A stretch of DNA of 35,201 nt from an uncultured archaeon (GCA_964458565.1 CAYWJO010000032.1:1-35201), one strand, 5' to 3'. Shown: positions 1-9,988, numbered from the stretch's first letter. Notes: generated from the sequence alone by a model not told the origin. Numbers and translations are program-made.

Positions 1-169
1 TTTGGTCGTGTTTGACTTAAAGAGTCTTCGATAAAACAATCGATTGGATTTTTGGTTTCATTAAATTACGGAGAATGTGGCCCGAGGATAAGGAGAGAGA
101 GAACCCCGGGCCTGTGTGAACAAATTACTAAGCAATCGGTACGCGTGATATGATGAGAGCATTACATTG

Positions 170-427
170 TCAAGTGACTGAAAATAATGGGGGATACATC
201 ACAAAGTATTGGATTACTACGGCAAGGAGTATACCACTAGCTACCAAACCCTTTCCTCGTTTATCATTCGCTGAGGTGAACCATAGGATCGCTCCTGAAA
301 GTACAACAACTACTGCTGATATACGACCGATGAATATCAAGAAATCCCATATCTCTGCAAAATGCATAGATATCATGTTCGCAAAGTCTGACAGTGGGCT
401 CAAGATGTATAGATGCAATTCTACCAA
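170..427 (-). CDS. small two-TM membrane protein, function unknown
   Basis: 85 aa ORF with two hydrophobic segments (ISAVVVVLSGAILWF, LVASGILLAVVIQYF) joined by a basic loop. Confidence 0.6.
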   Translation of the reverse strand: MVELHLYILSPLSDFANMISMHFAEIWDFLIFIGRISAVVVVLSGAILWFTSANDKRGKGLVASGILLAVVIQYFVMYPPLFSVT

Positions 428-493
428 TACCCATACTAACGTCCTTTGTTAGCAATATAAGCTCCTAGAAAGGTGGATACAGAACGAAATACT

Positions 494-1285
494 CTATTGA
501 GAGAAAGTGCCTCTTAGGCCCTCACAAAATGCAAAAATATTTGCACCAAGGTCTGAATGGTTGTACCCTCCTTCTAGCAAACCATACCGTCTTCCACCAC
601 ATCTCTCTAGGGCAAATTCATACATCAGTAGACCTATCTTTCCAAAGCATGCTGTTGTGATGTTTCCTCCCCATCCATCAATATATTGATCAAACCCAGC
701 AGAAGCCACTATGATATCTACATCTGGGCATTCATCCATCGCTCTTTTGATATCTGCAAGGAACGCATCATCACCTCGCCCATGGGGATTGTGAATCGTG
801 AATGATTTATCATCACCTAAGATGTTAATGTTACCATCACCCTCGTGCAAATCAAAATCGAGGATGAATGCACTCTTGATCAGGTCTCTAGCCTTGAGGG
901 TTAAAAGAGATACAGCAATGTTGTTGAAGTAACAGAACCCCCAATAGCTGGACCGAGATGCATGATGTCCTGGAGGTCTGATCAGTCCAAACGCAGGGTC
1001 TCCAGAGAGTGATAATTCCGCTGTCTGGATAGCACCACCCGCTGCAAGAAGTGCAATCTCATAAACACGACTACTGTAGTATGAATCACTTTCGGATTTT
1101 ACCATTGATATGTGACCTGATGTATGTGCCAGTAATAATTGCGTTTCAGTTGCCTGTATTGCCTCTATGAAGATATAATCAGGTTGGTTCTCTAACACCT
1201 CTAATGCCGTATCCAATCTTCCTGGAGCACCTGCAGGTGTTCCATCATAGCTGTTTTTCATTTTAGGATGATATACAATTTTCAC
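494..1285 (-). CDS. histone deacetylase family protein (AcuC/AphA-like)
   Basis: motifs RPPGHHA, GFCYFNN, DFDLHEGDG, SAGFD, LEGGY. Confidence 0.93.
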   Translation of the reverse strand: MKIVYHPKMKNSYDGTPAGAPGRLDTALEVLENQPDYIFIEAIQATETQLLLAHTSGHISMVKSESDSYYSSRVYEIALLAAGGAIQTAELSLSGDPAFGLIRPPGHHASRSSYWGFCYFNNIAVSLLTLKARDLIKSAFILDFDLHEGDGNINILGDDKSFTIHNPHGRGDDAFLADIKRAMDECPDVDIIVASAGFDQYIDGWGGNITTACFGKIGLLMYEFALERCGGRRYGLLEGGYNHSDLGANIFAFCEGLRGTFSQ

Positions 1286-1327
1286 GTGAAAATTACTGTA
1301 TACTCAATGATTTGTGTGTGTCGATTC

Positions 1328-1371
1328 AAAAATAGTGGGAAGTGGGCAGCAGTTATGAACTCCTGCCACTT
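1328..1371 (-). terminator. hairpin plus T-tract after rpl12
   Basis: minus strand AAGTGGCAGGAGTT-CAT-AACTGCTGCCCACTT followed by CCCACTATTTTT, just downstream of the rpl12 stop. Confidence 0.5.
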
Positions 1372-1394
1372 TGAACTGAAGAGAACGTTCTCTT

Positions 1395-1706
1395 TTAGCC
1401 AAACAGGCTTCCGAGACCAACAGTGGCCTCCTCTTCCTGCTCTTCCTCTTCTTCCTTCTTTTCCTCAGCGGGAGCAGCTACGGCAGCTGCAGCACCAGCA
1501 CCGCCTGCTGAGGCGGCGACAGCCATAGGCATTGCAGCACTTTTCAGTGCCTCATCAATGTCTACGCCTTCAAGAGCTGCGAGAAGTGCCTTCACTCTAC
1601 CTTTATCGGGTGTAACTCCTGCAGCAGTGAGAACCTCTTCCATTTTCTTGGTACTGAGTTTCTGACCTGCTTTGTGGAGAAGAAGTGCAGCATATACATA
1701 TTCCAT
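1395..1706 (-). CDS. rpl12: 50S ribosomal protein L12 (P1/P2 stalk)
   Basis: [12 protein letters not shown]-terminus, Ala-rich hinge, acidic tail ending GLGSLFG. Confidence 0.98.
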   Translation of the reverse strand: MEYVYAALLLHKAGQKLSTKKMEEVLTAAGVTPDKGRVKALLAALEGVDIDEALKSAAMPMAVAASAGGAGAAAAVAAPAEEKKEEEEEQEEEATVGLGSLFG

Positions 1707-1727
1707 AATATTTTCCTCTCTGTTTTT

Positions 1728-2744
1728 TTATCCAAATAGGTCTCCTAGACCTACAGTTGCTTCTTCCTCTTCCTCCTCTTCTTCTTCAGGTTCTTTATCT
1801 TCAACCGGTGGTGCTGCTGTTGTTGGTGCAGCTGATGCCACTGCTGATTGAACCTGACCAAGAATGTCAGAAGGTATTGCTTCAGGATCTCTCTCCGCAA
1901 TAGCACTCACTAGAGCGAATGCCTCGGAGTTTGCTTTCGCGAGGAACTCATCAAGCATATCTGGCGTGAAGAAGCTGATGTTCAGAGCCAGACTCTTGGA
2001 TTCAGAGTTAGCCATCGCGAGCAGTACTATGATATTGTCCACAGTTGGATATGCAACATTGACTGTCAGATTAACAGCATACTGATGTCCAAGAATGAGT
2101 TGATTGAGAAGATAACTTAGATCCACATCAAAGGCTTCGGTTGTTAAGACTGAACCATCTGAGTATGCAGCTATCAGCTTCAACTGAAGCTCCATAGGTT
2201 CAATACCTAACCTTCCAAGCATTGCTGCCATAGCATTTGAGATTGTTTCTCCTTTTGCAACAGCGACTGTATCATCAGTGATATGAATTACGCCCCCCCT
2301 AACCCTTGAAGGGATTTTCAGAGCGGCTAACTCACTGATGAATGGACCTGGTGCAACACCGGTGTTCATCGCGGGTATGACAATATCTTTGGGTGCAATC
2401 TGACCTCCTTTTGCAGGTGCAGATGCCTTGTTTTCACTAAGGAAATTACTCAATACGAATGGATCTTGATCACTAAATACAAAGGCGATTGGGCCTTTCA
2501 CATGTTCTATCAAGCCATCGATGCCTTTCTTTTTGGCATCATTTAGAGCACGAATCATCAAAGTATTTCTAGCCATTTTGATAGTGGCTGATTTCCTTAG
2601 ACTTTCTCTTATTCCTTGGAGCTGTTTGGCACCGACTCCCTCTACATTGACGAGACCTATCATCTCGCTTTCGGAGATTTCCTTTGCGAGTTCCTTGACT
2701 GCATCCTGTTTCCATTGTGGTATGTGTCTTTCATACACTGACAT
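1728..2744 (-). CDS. rpl10: 50S ribosomal protein L10 (P0)
   Basis: IPQWK, MARNTL, PAKGGQIAP, TGVAPGP motifs; acidic tail GLGDLFG; position in the L11-L1-L10-L12 cluster. Confidence 0.98.
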   Translation of the reverse strand: MSVYERHIPQWKQDAVKELAKEISESEMIGLVNVEGVGAKQLQGIRESLRKSATIKMARNTLMIRALNDAKKKGIDGLIEHVKGPIAFVFSDQDPFVLSNFLSENKASAPAKGGQIAPKDIVIPAMNTGVAPGPFISELAALKIPSRVRGGVIHITDDTVAVAKGETISNAMAAMLGRLGIEPMELQLKLIAAYSDGSVLTTEAFDVDLSYLLNQLILGHQYAVNLTVNVAYPTVDNIIVLLAMANSESKSLALNISFFTPDMLDEFLAKANSEAFALVSAIAERDPEAIPSDILGQVQSAVASAAPTTAAPPVEDKEPEEEEEEEEEATVGLGDLFG

Positions 2745-2757
2745 TCCACATTCACCT

Positions 2758-3414
2758 CTAGAACGGTACCTCTATTGCTGGTCCCATGGTAGTCTTGACT
2801 AGCACACTACCCACACGTTCCATTAGACCCTTACTCACTACAAAATTCAAAACTGCCAGAATATTATCTGCAATCTCTTTGTCACCCATCTTCACGTGAC
2901 CCACTTTAGCGTGGAATGTAGGAGTGTTCCTCATTCGTATCCTAACTGTTCGTTGATACTGACTTACGATTGGGCCAAGATCGACCTGTGTTGGAAATGG
3001 TCTTGGCATCTTACCTCTAGGACCAAGTGCTTGACCGAGATATCTACCAACAAGTGGCATAGTATCAGTTGATGCTATGAAGAAGTCGTAGGTTATAGCT
3101 AATGTCTTTCTACTCTTCTTATCTTCACCAACCTTGGGAATTTCCTCCTTACCTACAACATGCTCCACACCGGCTTGAGTTGCCTTCTCTGCGAATTCTC
3201 CATCGCCGAAGGCACACACCTTCGCAGGTGGATAAAGTTGGTTTGGAAGTGATAATTCCTGGTTTAGTCTGTTTTCAGGCTTTGTTACGTCCAGTTCCTT
3301 CTTTCTAAAGTTGACTGCGATATCGAAGCTCTGCTCGAACTTAATACCACGTTCTATACCTTTCGCACGTGCCTCTGCCACTGCGGCTTCAATGGACTTG
3401 AGATTGAATGACAT
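2758..3414 (-). CDS. rpl1: 50S ribosomal protein L1
   Basis: KFEQSFDIAVNF, GRYLGQALGPRGKMP, KTTMGP motifs. Confidence 0.98.
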   Translation of the reverse strand: MSFNLKSIEAAVAEARAKGIERGIKFEQSFDIAVNFRKKELDVTKPENRLNQELSLPNQLYPPAKVCAFGDGEFAEKATQAGVEHVVGKEEIPKVGEDKKSRKTLAITYDFFIASTDTMPLVGRYLGQALGPRGKMPRPFPTQVDLGPIVSQYQRTVRIRMRNTPTFHAKVGHVKMGDKEIADNILAVLNFVVSKGLMERVGSVLVKTTMGPAIEVPF

Positions 3415-3418
3415 ATTG

Positions 3419-3925
3419 TCAGTCCTCCCTCAGTGGTTCGTCTAATTGACTGTCCCAGGTTCCATCCCTTACCTCTTGTTGGAACTCCTTTGGGGTCTTG
3501 CCTTCAATGGTAACTCCCATTGAAACACAAGTTCCAGCTACTATCATAACTGCTGTTTTCATTGTCAGGGCTGAGATGTCAGCTGCTTTTCCTTTGGCAA
3601 TAGTCTTCAATTGGTCAACTGTCATATTTCCAATGATAGTCTCGTTGGGTAAGGACGACCCTTTAGGTTGTCCGATCTCCTTGAGAATCAGAGCACTTGT
3701 CGGTGGGGTACCTACCTCCACTTGAAATGTCTTATCTGATGGGTTTACAGTTATTTTCACAGGAACTTTCAATCCTGCGAATGGAGCTGTTACCTCATTG
3801 ATTTTCGTGACAACTTGGAATATATTGACACCAGTTGGACCTAGTGTACTTCCGATTGGTGGGCCACCTGAGGCTTTTCCGCCTTCTACCATTACCTCTA
3901 CTATAATTGGTTTTGATTCACTCAA
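3419..3925 (-). CDS. rpl11: 50S ribosomal protein L11
   Basis: GGKASGGPPIGSTLGPTG, PPTSALI, GTCVSMG motifs; TTG start. Confidence 0.98.
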   Translation of the reverse strand: MSESKPIIVEVMVEGGKASGGPPIGSTLGPTGVNIFQVVTKINEVTAPFAGLKVPVKITVNPSDKTFQVEVGTPPTSALILKEIGQPKGSSLPNETIIGNMTVDQLKTIAKGKAADISALTMKTAVMIVAGTCVSMGVTIEGKTPKEFQQEVRDGTWDSQLDEPLRED

Positions 3926-3942
3926 TTTTCACACATCTCCAG

Positions 3943-4031
3943 ATGCAGTATACGTGACTCGATGAACATCTCGCCACTTTGGACGACACATAGGCTACAA
4001 TGAGTACAATGGCCTATGATGTCTACTGCAT
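3943..4031 (-). promoter_or_regulatory. structured 5' leader of the rpl11 operon (candidate r-leader)
   Basis: closing stem ATGCAGTA/TACTGCAT enclosing two hairpins, just upstream of the rpl11 start. Confidence 0.5.
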
Positions 4032-4170
4032 ACATTATCATTTTTTTCACCCCAGACATGATACTTACTGTTCATGTCAGATTAAGGAGTGGGCCTTCCA
4101 CTACTAGTCGCGTTTTAAGCATTATGGATTGGCATTGAACCTGAAGTTGTTCTTCTTTTGTCTTTTAGAA

Positions 4171-4848
4171 CTAATCATGAGCCCAGAATGAATCATCATC
4201 AAATTCATCTTGTTCATCACGCTCTTCCTCATCTTTAGAGGGTACTTGTACAGGCTCTTCACGTTTTGCTTTCTCAACAATCTTGGCAAAATCAGCATGT
4301 ACTCTGATTGGAATAGTATGAGGACTATCAAGCAATTCAAGAATAAGTTCTTCTTTTGCTGAATCAACTCTAGCAACTTTGGCACGCTCACCCTTGAATG
4401 CACCCGAAATGATTTCCACCACATCACCTGGTGCGATGCCCTCTGCTGCTGGTTTTGGAACTAGGAATTTGTCTATCTCGTCAAGACTGACTTTTCCACC
4501 TACACGTCCTCGGACATGTGGTACTCCTGAGATAGCTATCTCAACATCTCTAAACTCCAATGTTTCAATGAAGACGTAACCACGAAGGGTTTCTGGTACC
4601 AGGATTGCCTTTACACGTCCAAGAAGTTGATTCTGTGAAATTAATCGAGGTTCCTCATCTTTCTTCTTTTTCTTCTTACAGCTCTTCATATGGCGCTTGG
4701 TTGTCTGACTAGACGAGAACTCTTCACCACAATACGGGCAGATCCACACATCAGTTTCACCAATTACTGCTGTGGTAATTAGATCAGTTACTCCTTTTTC
4801 CTGACCAATGGTTGTTCTTACTGCATATATGCTAGTGCCAGATTCCAA
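4171..4848 (-). CDS. spt5: transcription elongation factor Spt5 (NGN+KOW) with an inserted C2HC zinc finger
   Basis: IYAVRTTIGQE, LRGYVFIE, KOW motif GDVVEIISGAFKGERAKV; start moved to TTG at 4848, which follows a GGAGG RBS. Confidence 0.96.
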   Translation of the reverse strand: MESGTSIYAVRTTIGQEKGVTDLITTAVIGETDVWICPYCGEEFSSSQTTKRHMKSCKKKKKKDEEPRLISQNQLLGRVKAILVPETLRGYVFIETLEFRDVEIAISGVPHVRGRVGGKVSLDEIDKFLVPKPAAEGIAPGDVVEIISGAFKGERAKVARVDSAKEELILELLDSPHTIPIRVHADFAKIVEKAKREEPVQVPSKDEEERDEQDEFDDDSFWAHD

Positions 4849-4922
4849 ATCAATGCCTCCGATGATGTTCCAAAGTATCATTATAGTGCTAACAAGGCCA
4901 CAATTTCTAAATCATTTTACAG

Positions 4923-5108
4923 CTAGGATGTTGTACCCCACTTTGCAGTTAGAAGTGACATTACAATTTGAATGACAAAACTGAGCATTCCAACAAGAAA
5001 CATTGCAAGAATACTGACTCGAGCGCTCATCCAGAGCTCTTTCTTTGAAGGTTTTGTAGCAAGTTTCAGTATACGTCTGCTATCATTGATAAAGCTGCCA
5101 ACACCCAT
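4923..5108 (-). CDS. secE: protein translocase SecE/Sec61-gamma
   Basis: RRILKLATKPSKKEL followed by one TM helix; lies between ftsZ and spt5. Confidence 0.95.
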   Translation of the reverse strand: MGVGSFINDSRRILKLATKPSKKELWMSARVSILAMFLVGMLSFVIQIVMSLLTAKWGTTS

Positions 5109-5206
5109 TAGATTTCACATCTTTGTTAAATTAGTATGACTAACTGGGGAGTCGACTGCCAACAACGGAGTTTTGCTTTTAACATTTGCTGAGTGACTAC
5201 TATAGC

Positions 5207-6334
5207 TCATCCAAGTCTTGATAAACCTAATTCGGATTTCAAATCACTAGCAAGGGGGGTTACTGTTTCTGTTGCTGGTGAGAATATGTATGGTGAACTC
5301 ACGCCAGATGCTATTATTGTGACACGAAGACGATTCTCAAGCTCGGGGATGATTAAGGCTCCATAGATTACTTCTGCATCTGGATTAACCTGCTCTGTTA
5401 CAAGCTCTACCACGCGTTTTGCTTCTAGAAGTTGCATGTCAGCGCTTCCACTAACATTAACAAGGATGTTACGTGCATTTTCAATTGAAACGTCTATCAG
5501 AGGATTACGCAGGGCATTGAAAACAGCTTCTTCTGCTCTATCTTCACCCTGACCCTCACCAAGAGCAATAATAGATACTCCTCCGTTTTTCATTGTGGTT
5601 CTAACATCTGCAAAATCCAGATTCACAAGACCTGGTTTAGAAATCAACTCTGCAATTCCCTTCACTGCACGAACCAATACCTCATCTGCTACCATGAACG
5701 CTTCAGGTAATGATAGGTCTGGTGCAATCTCCATGAGCTTCTCATTTGGAATTGCAATCATTGTATCTACATACTCCATGAGCGCATTAAGACCGCGAGT
5801 TGCATTCTTCTTTCGAATTGATCCCTCTACCTCAAAAGGAAGACAGACAATCGCAACTGTAAGTGCCCCATTTTCTTTTGCAGCCTTAGCAATGTGAGCT
5901 GCTGCACCTGTACCGGTACCTCCACCCATTCCTGCTGTGATAAAAACTAGATCGCCTCTTACGACATCCTTAATCACTTCATATGTTTCAATGGCTGCAG
6001 CTTCTCCCAAATCCGGATCATTGCCCGCTCCAAGACCACCACAGGTCTCTTTTCCGAGAAGCAATTTATGATTCGCGTTACAGAAATAGAGGTCTTGTGC
6101 ATCCGTATTGGCGGCAAGAGTTTCAGCACCTTCGACACCGACTTCCATAAGTCGAGTCACCGCATTATTTCCAGCACCTCCGACACCCACTACTAGTATT
6201 CTGGCGCTTACAGTTTCCAATAGACTTGCAAGTTCATCATCCGTGATGGCTGATTCGTATTTCTTCTTCTTGTTGTCTGTACTTTGAACCCTTTTCGGAT
6301 TTCCAAGTACTTCTTCTAGTAGTGGATGCACCAT
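5207..6334 (-). CDS. ftsZ: cell division protein FtsZ
   Basis: [24 protein letters not shown] signature, T7 loop NLDFAD. Confidence 0.98.
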   Translation of the reverse strand: MVHPLLEEVLGNPKRVQSTDNKKKKYESAITDDELASLLETVSARILVVGVGGAGNNAVTRLMEVGVEGAETLAANTDAQDLYFCNANHKLLLGKETCGGLGAGNDPDLGEAAAIETYEVIKDVVRGDLVFITAGMGGGTGTGAAAHIAKAAKENGALTVAIVCLPFEVEGSIRKKNATRGLNALMEYVDTMIAIPNEKLMEIAPDLSLPEAFMVADEVLVRAVKGIAELISKPGLVNLDFADVRTTMKNGGVSIIALGEGQGEDRAEEAVFNALRNPLIDVSIENARNILVNVSGSADMQLLEAKRVVELVTEQVNPDAEVIYGALIIPELENRLRVTIIASGVSSPYIFSPATETVTPLASDLKSELGLSRLG

Positions 6335-6408
6335 TGAAATTCACCTCTAATTGCTGTTATAACTGGTGTATTATGCTAACAAAAAGTAGAATACTACCGA
6401 GGTAATAC

Positions 6409-7380
6409 TCACCTGGGGCGGCGTCCGTAACGCTTTCCAGATGTTCTAAATGTACGACTAATCTCGTTGATATTTATTCCATGTTTCTTCATGAACGCTG
6501 ATAGTTCTTCTAATGATGGTTGTCCATTCTGAGCCCCTTTTTGTGTAATAGTGAGAGCAGCTATCGCATTACCAATGTGCAGTGCTTGTTCTATATCTTC
6601 ACTTCTTGTCCAGGCTGTTACAAATCCGGCAGCGAATGCATCTCCTGAACCCAATGTATCCACTACTTCTACCTCAAAGGATGGCGATGAACAATACTCG
6701 AATCCATCAGTTGCCAGAGCACCCTTTTTCCCTCTCTTTACAATCAGAATTCCCGGAAATGTCTTAGCGAAACTCATAAGCTGGCTCTTCGAAGGAGCGA
6801 TATTGAAATATTCCTTTAACTCTTGAGTGTTTACAAAAAGCAAATCGACCTTTTTTAGTATCTTCTCAAAATCAACAGAGGACGCTGCTCGTCCCGGATC
6901 AAATGACAGTATAATCCCCTCTGTATTTGCTATCTCTACAGCCATGGTTGTCATCATCGGAAATCCGCCTGCGACATGAAGTACTGTTGCTCTATTGATA
7001 TAGCTCTCATCTAACGTATGTTTATCGAGGAATTTGTTTGCTCCCGGATTAGCAAATACCATTCTAGTGCCTGTTTTGTCCGTAGCTACAAAGAATAATC
7101 CAGTTCTTTGCTTCTCTAGAACAAGGACTCCTTTTGTATCAACGCCCTCCTTTGAAAGAGCCTTCATTGCCAATTGACCATATTGATCATCACCAATACA
7201 GCTTACCAACCCTGTTTTCACTCCCAATCGAGCGCTCTGCATTGCAAAATTAGCTGCAGAACCTCCCACTGAGATATAACCATCATTCGAAACAACATGA
7301 TCTGGCTGCTTTGGTAACCTATCAACGCTCATGGAAATATCGATGTTTACTCTGCCAATCGCAGCGACCTCGACGGTCAA
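6409..7380 (-). CDS. PfkB-family carbohydrate/nucleoside kinase
   Basis: GGSAAN, VKRGKKG, DTLGSGDAFAAG motifs. Confidence 0.93.
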   Translation of the reverse strand: MTVEVAAIGRVNIDISMSVDRLPKQPDHVVSNDGYISVGGSAANFAMQSARLGVKTGLVSCIGDDQYGQLAMKALSKEGVDTKGVLVLEKQRTGLFFVATDKTGTRMVFANPGANKFLDKHTLDESYINRATVLHVAGGFPMMTTMAVEIANTEGIILSFDPGRAASSVDFEKILKKVDLLFVNTQELKEYFNIAPSKSQLMSFAKTFPGILIVKRGKKGALATDGFEYCSSPSFEVEVVDTLGSGDAFAAGFVTAWTRSEDIEQALHIGNAIAALTITQKGAQNGQPSLEELSAFMKKHGININEISRTFRTSGKRYGRRPR

Positions 7381-7391
7381 TTATATCGCTC

Positions 7392-8318
7392 CTATACTAT
7401 CAACGCAAGAATTGCTTTTTGTGCATGAAGACGGTTTTCAGCTTGATCGAAGACTACACTATATCTCGCATCGTCCATTATATCACTTGTGAGTTCCTCA
7501 TCTCGATGAGCTGGTAGGCAATGCATGACAATGACTTCTTCATTGGCATATTCAACCAATTTCCTGTTTACTTGGAATGGCATTAATGCGTCTTCCTTTT
7601 CTTTTGACTTTTCTTGACCCATGCTAAAGAAAGTATCAGTATAAATCACATCTGCTCCTGTTACTGCATCCTTTGGATCATTACTAACGGATAGGGTTGT
7701 TCCATATCTTTCACTGAGTTGAACGCTTTTCTTCATTATTTCATCAGATGGTGTGTATCCTTTGGGTGAACCTATGGTAACATCCATACCCATTATGGTA
7801 CATCCCTGCATGATTGAATTGCTAACATTATTTGAGTCTCCAACGTATGCAATTTTTAGCCCCTTCAATTGACCCTTATGCTCCTCGATTGTCTGCATAT
7901 CCGCCATAATCTGACATGGATGGTTGTAGTCTGAAAGTCCATTCACAACAGGAACGGTGGCGTATTCTGCAAGTCCTGTTACATCACTATGTGCAAATAC
8001 TCTAGCCATAATTGCATCACAATATCTGCTCAAGACCTGTGCAGTATCACCAATCGTTTCTCCACGACCTAATTGGGTTCCACTAGGTTGCAGATAGAGT
8101 GCGTGCCCTCCCAATTGTGTCATTCCAACTTCGAAAGACACTCTTGTTCGTGTTGATGACTTCATGAAAATCATCGCAAGTGATTTGCCTTTTAGAAGCT
8201 CATGTGGTTCATTACGTTTCTGTTTTCCCTTAAGGTCATGCGCGGTATCCAATATTCTTCGTAACTCAAATCTTTCAAAATCTGCTAAATCGACAAAGCT
8301 TCTACCCTTCAGACTCAT
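7392..8318 (-). CDS. argF: ornithine carbamoyltransferase
   Basis: SSTRTRVSFE, HPCQ, SMG, HCLP, QAENRLH motifs; start moved to ATG 8318, which follows a GGAG RBS. Confidence 0.96.
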   Translation of the reverse strand: MSLKGRSFVDLADFERFELRRILDTAHDLKGKQKRNEPHELLKGKSLAMIFMKSSTRTRVSFEVGMTQLGGHALYLQPSGTQLGRGETIGDTAQVLSRYCDAIMARVFAHSDVTGLAEYATVPVVNGLSDYNHPCQIMADMQTIEEHKGQLKGLKIAYVGDSNNVSNSIMQGCTIMGMDVTIGSPKGYTPSDEIMKKSVQLSERYGTTLSVSNDPKDAVTGADVIYTDTFFSMGQEKSKEKEDALMPFQVNRKLVEYANEEVIVMHCLPAHRDEELTSDIMDDARYSVVFDQAENRLHAQKAILALIV

Positions 8319-8377
8319 TGTTGACACTCCAGAAGATATGATTGCGCAACGTCTGAAGTCCATTATAAAATTGATGT

Positions 8378-9289
8378 TTAATCAATACTGACAAGCCTTC
8401 GTGCAAACCACTCAGGATCAAATTTCTGAAGGTCTTCGTAGTTCTGCCCAACACCTACATACACAATTGGTCTTCCTGTGATAAATGCTATTGAGAGTGC
8501 AGCACCTCCTGATGGGTCTGCATCAACTTTTGTAAGAATCGCTCCATCTATTCCAATTGCCTCATGAAACTTCTGAGCTTGCGAGAGCGCATCATTACCT
8601 GCTAACGCATCCCCCACAAAGATCTTCAAACTTGGTTCAGCGACCCTTGCGATTTTCCGCATCTCCTCAAGTAGATTCCTGTTGCTCTGCATTCTTCCTG
8701 CAGTGTCAATTAATACAACATCAATGTGTCTTGCTTGAGCATGTGCAACTGCATCATATGCAACGGCTGCAGCATCAGCACCATAATCCTGTTTTATTAT
8801 CCGAACTCCCAAGTTCTGTGCATGTTTTTCTAGTTGCTCGATACTTCCAGCTCTGAATGTATCTCCTGCGGCGATAACTACTGAATAATTATTTTTTTTA
8901 AAGAGATTGACAATCTTTGCTAAAGTAGTTGTCTTTCCTGTTCCATTCACACCCACGAACATTATTGATGTCAATTCACCCTTCTCTTTCTGGGCTGCAG
9001 CGAATTCAAGCAGGTCCAAAGGATGTATCGGGGTTAGAACTTCAAGTACTGAATCAAAAATCGCTTTCTTGAAGAGCCTAGTTAGATTCTCTAACCTCCC
9101 CGTTCTTAAGCCTAAAATCTTCTCCTTTGTGCGTCTACAGACCTCCTCAGCTACTTCTACTGCAACATCATTCTGGATGAGGACAAGCTGAAGCTCCCAC
9201 ACTGCATCATTAAGATTCTTATCGCTCAGTTCTTTTGTTGTAACTTTGGTGACAGCTAAATCTAGCGCACCACGAATCTTGTCAAACAC
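8378..9289 (-). CDS. ftsY: signal recognition particle receptor FtsY
   Basis: GVNGTGKTTT, DTFRAG, DTAGR, TKVD, GVGQ motifs. Confidence 0.97.
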   Translation of the reverse strand: MFDKIRGALDLAVTKVTTKELSDKNLNDAVWELQLVLIQNDVAVEVAEEVCRRTKEKILGLRTGRLENLTRLFKKAIFDSVLEVLTPIHPLDLLEFAAAQKEKGELTSIMFVGVNGTGKTTTLAKIVNLFKKNNYSVVIAAGDTFRAGSIEQLEKHAQNLGVRIIKQDYGADAAAVAYDAVAHAQARHIDVVLIDTAGRMQSNRNLLEEMRKIARVAEPSLKIFVGDALAGNDALSQAQKFHEAIGIDGAILTKVDADPSGGAALSIAFITGRPIVYVGVGQNYEDLQKFDPEWFARRLVSID

Positions 9290-9298
9290 CGGTTATTC

Positions 9299-9733
9299 TC
9301 ACTGTCCTTGACCTTGTATCTTCTCTGCTAGTTCTTGAAACTGTGAATTTAGTATCGAAAGGTTTGTGACAAGCTTCTCATATTGCTTTGAGAGTTCCTC
9401 ATATTGCTTCTCAAGAGTGGTTATTGAAATTTCAAGTGCCTTTTTAGCTTCTTCAACACCTTGCTCGATTCTTACACCACTGCCAATGCCACGTATGACT
9501 ACAGATGGATCTACAACTCTTGCTTTGACAAATATGCTCCCTCCCACATTCATAAGCATCTCTTCGTTCTCGGTTCTTCCTTCCAGTTCTTTGAGTACCT
9601 CAAGTCCAGACCGATAATTTGTTAGATATGCAGAAACCAGCTCTAGACGTTGTTGTACAAGCCCTATATTTGATTCAGCCATTTTCTGCTCGACGTATAT
9701 CTGTTGAAGATGTTGTCGTTGTTCTTCGCTCAT
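9299..9733 (-). CDS. pfdA: prefoldin alpha subunit
   Basis: coiled coils flanking MNVGGSIFVKA...GIGSGV beta-hairpins; canonical position between rpl18a and ftsY. Confidence 0.92.
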   Translation of the reverse strand: MSEEQRQHLQQIYVEQKMAESNIGLVQQRLELVSAYLTNYRSGLEVLKELEGRTENEEMLMNVGGSIFVKARVVDPSVVIRGIGSGVRIEQGVEEAKKALEISITTLEKQYEELSKQYEKLVTNLSILNSQFQELAEKIQGQGQ

Positions 9734-9984
9734 TAGAACTCAGTCTCCAAGCCAAGTGCTTTTCTCAACTCTAGATCAGTCACTTCCTCGGGTTTTATCT
9801 CCTTGATCTCGGTAAATTCGACACTATTTCTTTTCACCCGATGTCGACTACCTAATTCAGACAATATCTTCTCTCGGACGTGTGGTTCTTTTTCTGCAAT
9901 CATTTCTTTTCCGAAGACAAAGACACGATTGCTCTTTCGATATTTTCCTTCTACTCGCCAGATTTTCATACTCATCATTTGCAC
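9733..9984 (-). CDS. rpl18a: 50S ribosomal protein L18Ae/LX
   Basis: MKIWRVEG, EKILSELGSRHRVKR motifs. Confidence 0.93.
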   Translation of the reverse strand: MQMMSMKIWRVEGKYRKSNRVFVFGKEMIAEKEPHVREKILSELGSRHRVKRNSVEFTEIKEIKPEEVTDLELRKALGLETEF

Positions 9985-9988
9985 CTCT

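Noticed and set aside
170-427. VirB2/TrbC-like pilin call
   Set aside because: A two-TM topology alone is insufficient, and no secretion genes are visible in the window
5207-9289. argF and pfkB inserted between ftsY and ftsZ as a novelty
   Set aside because: Metabolic genes embedded in archaeal superoperons are common, and nothing in these sequences is unusual
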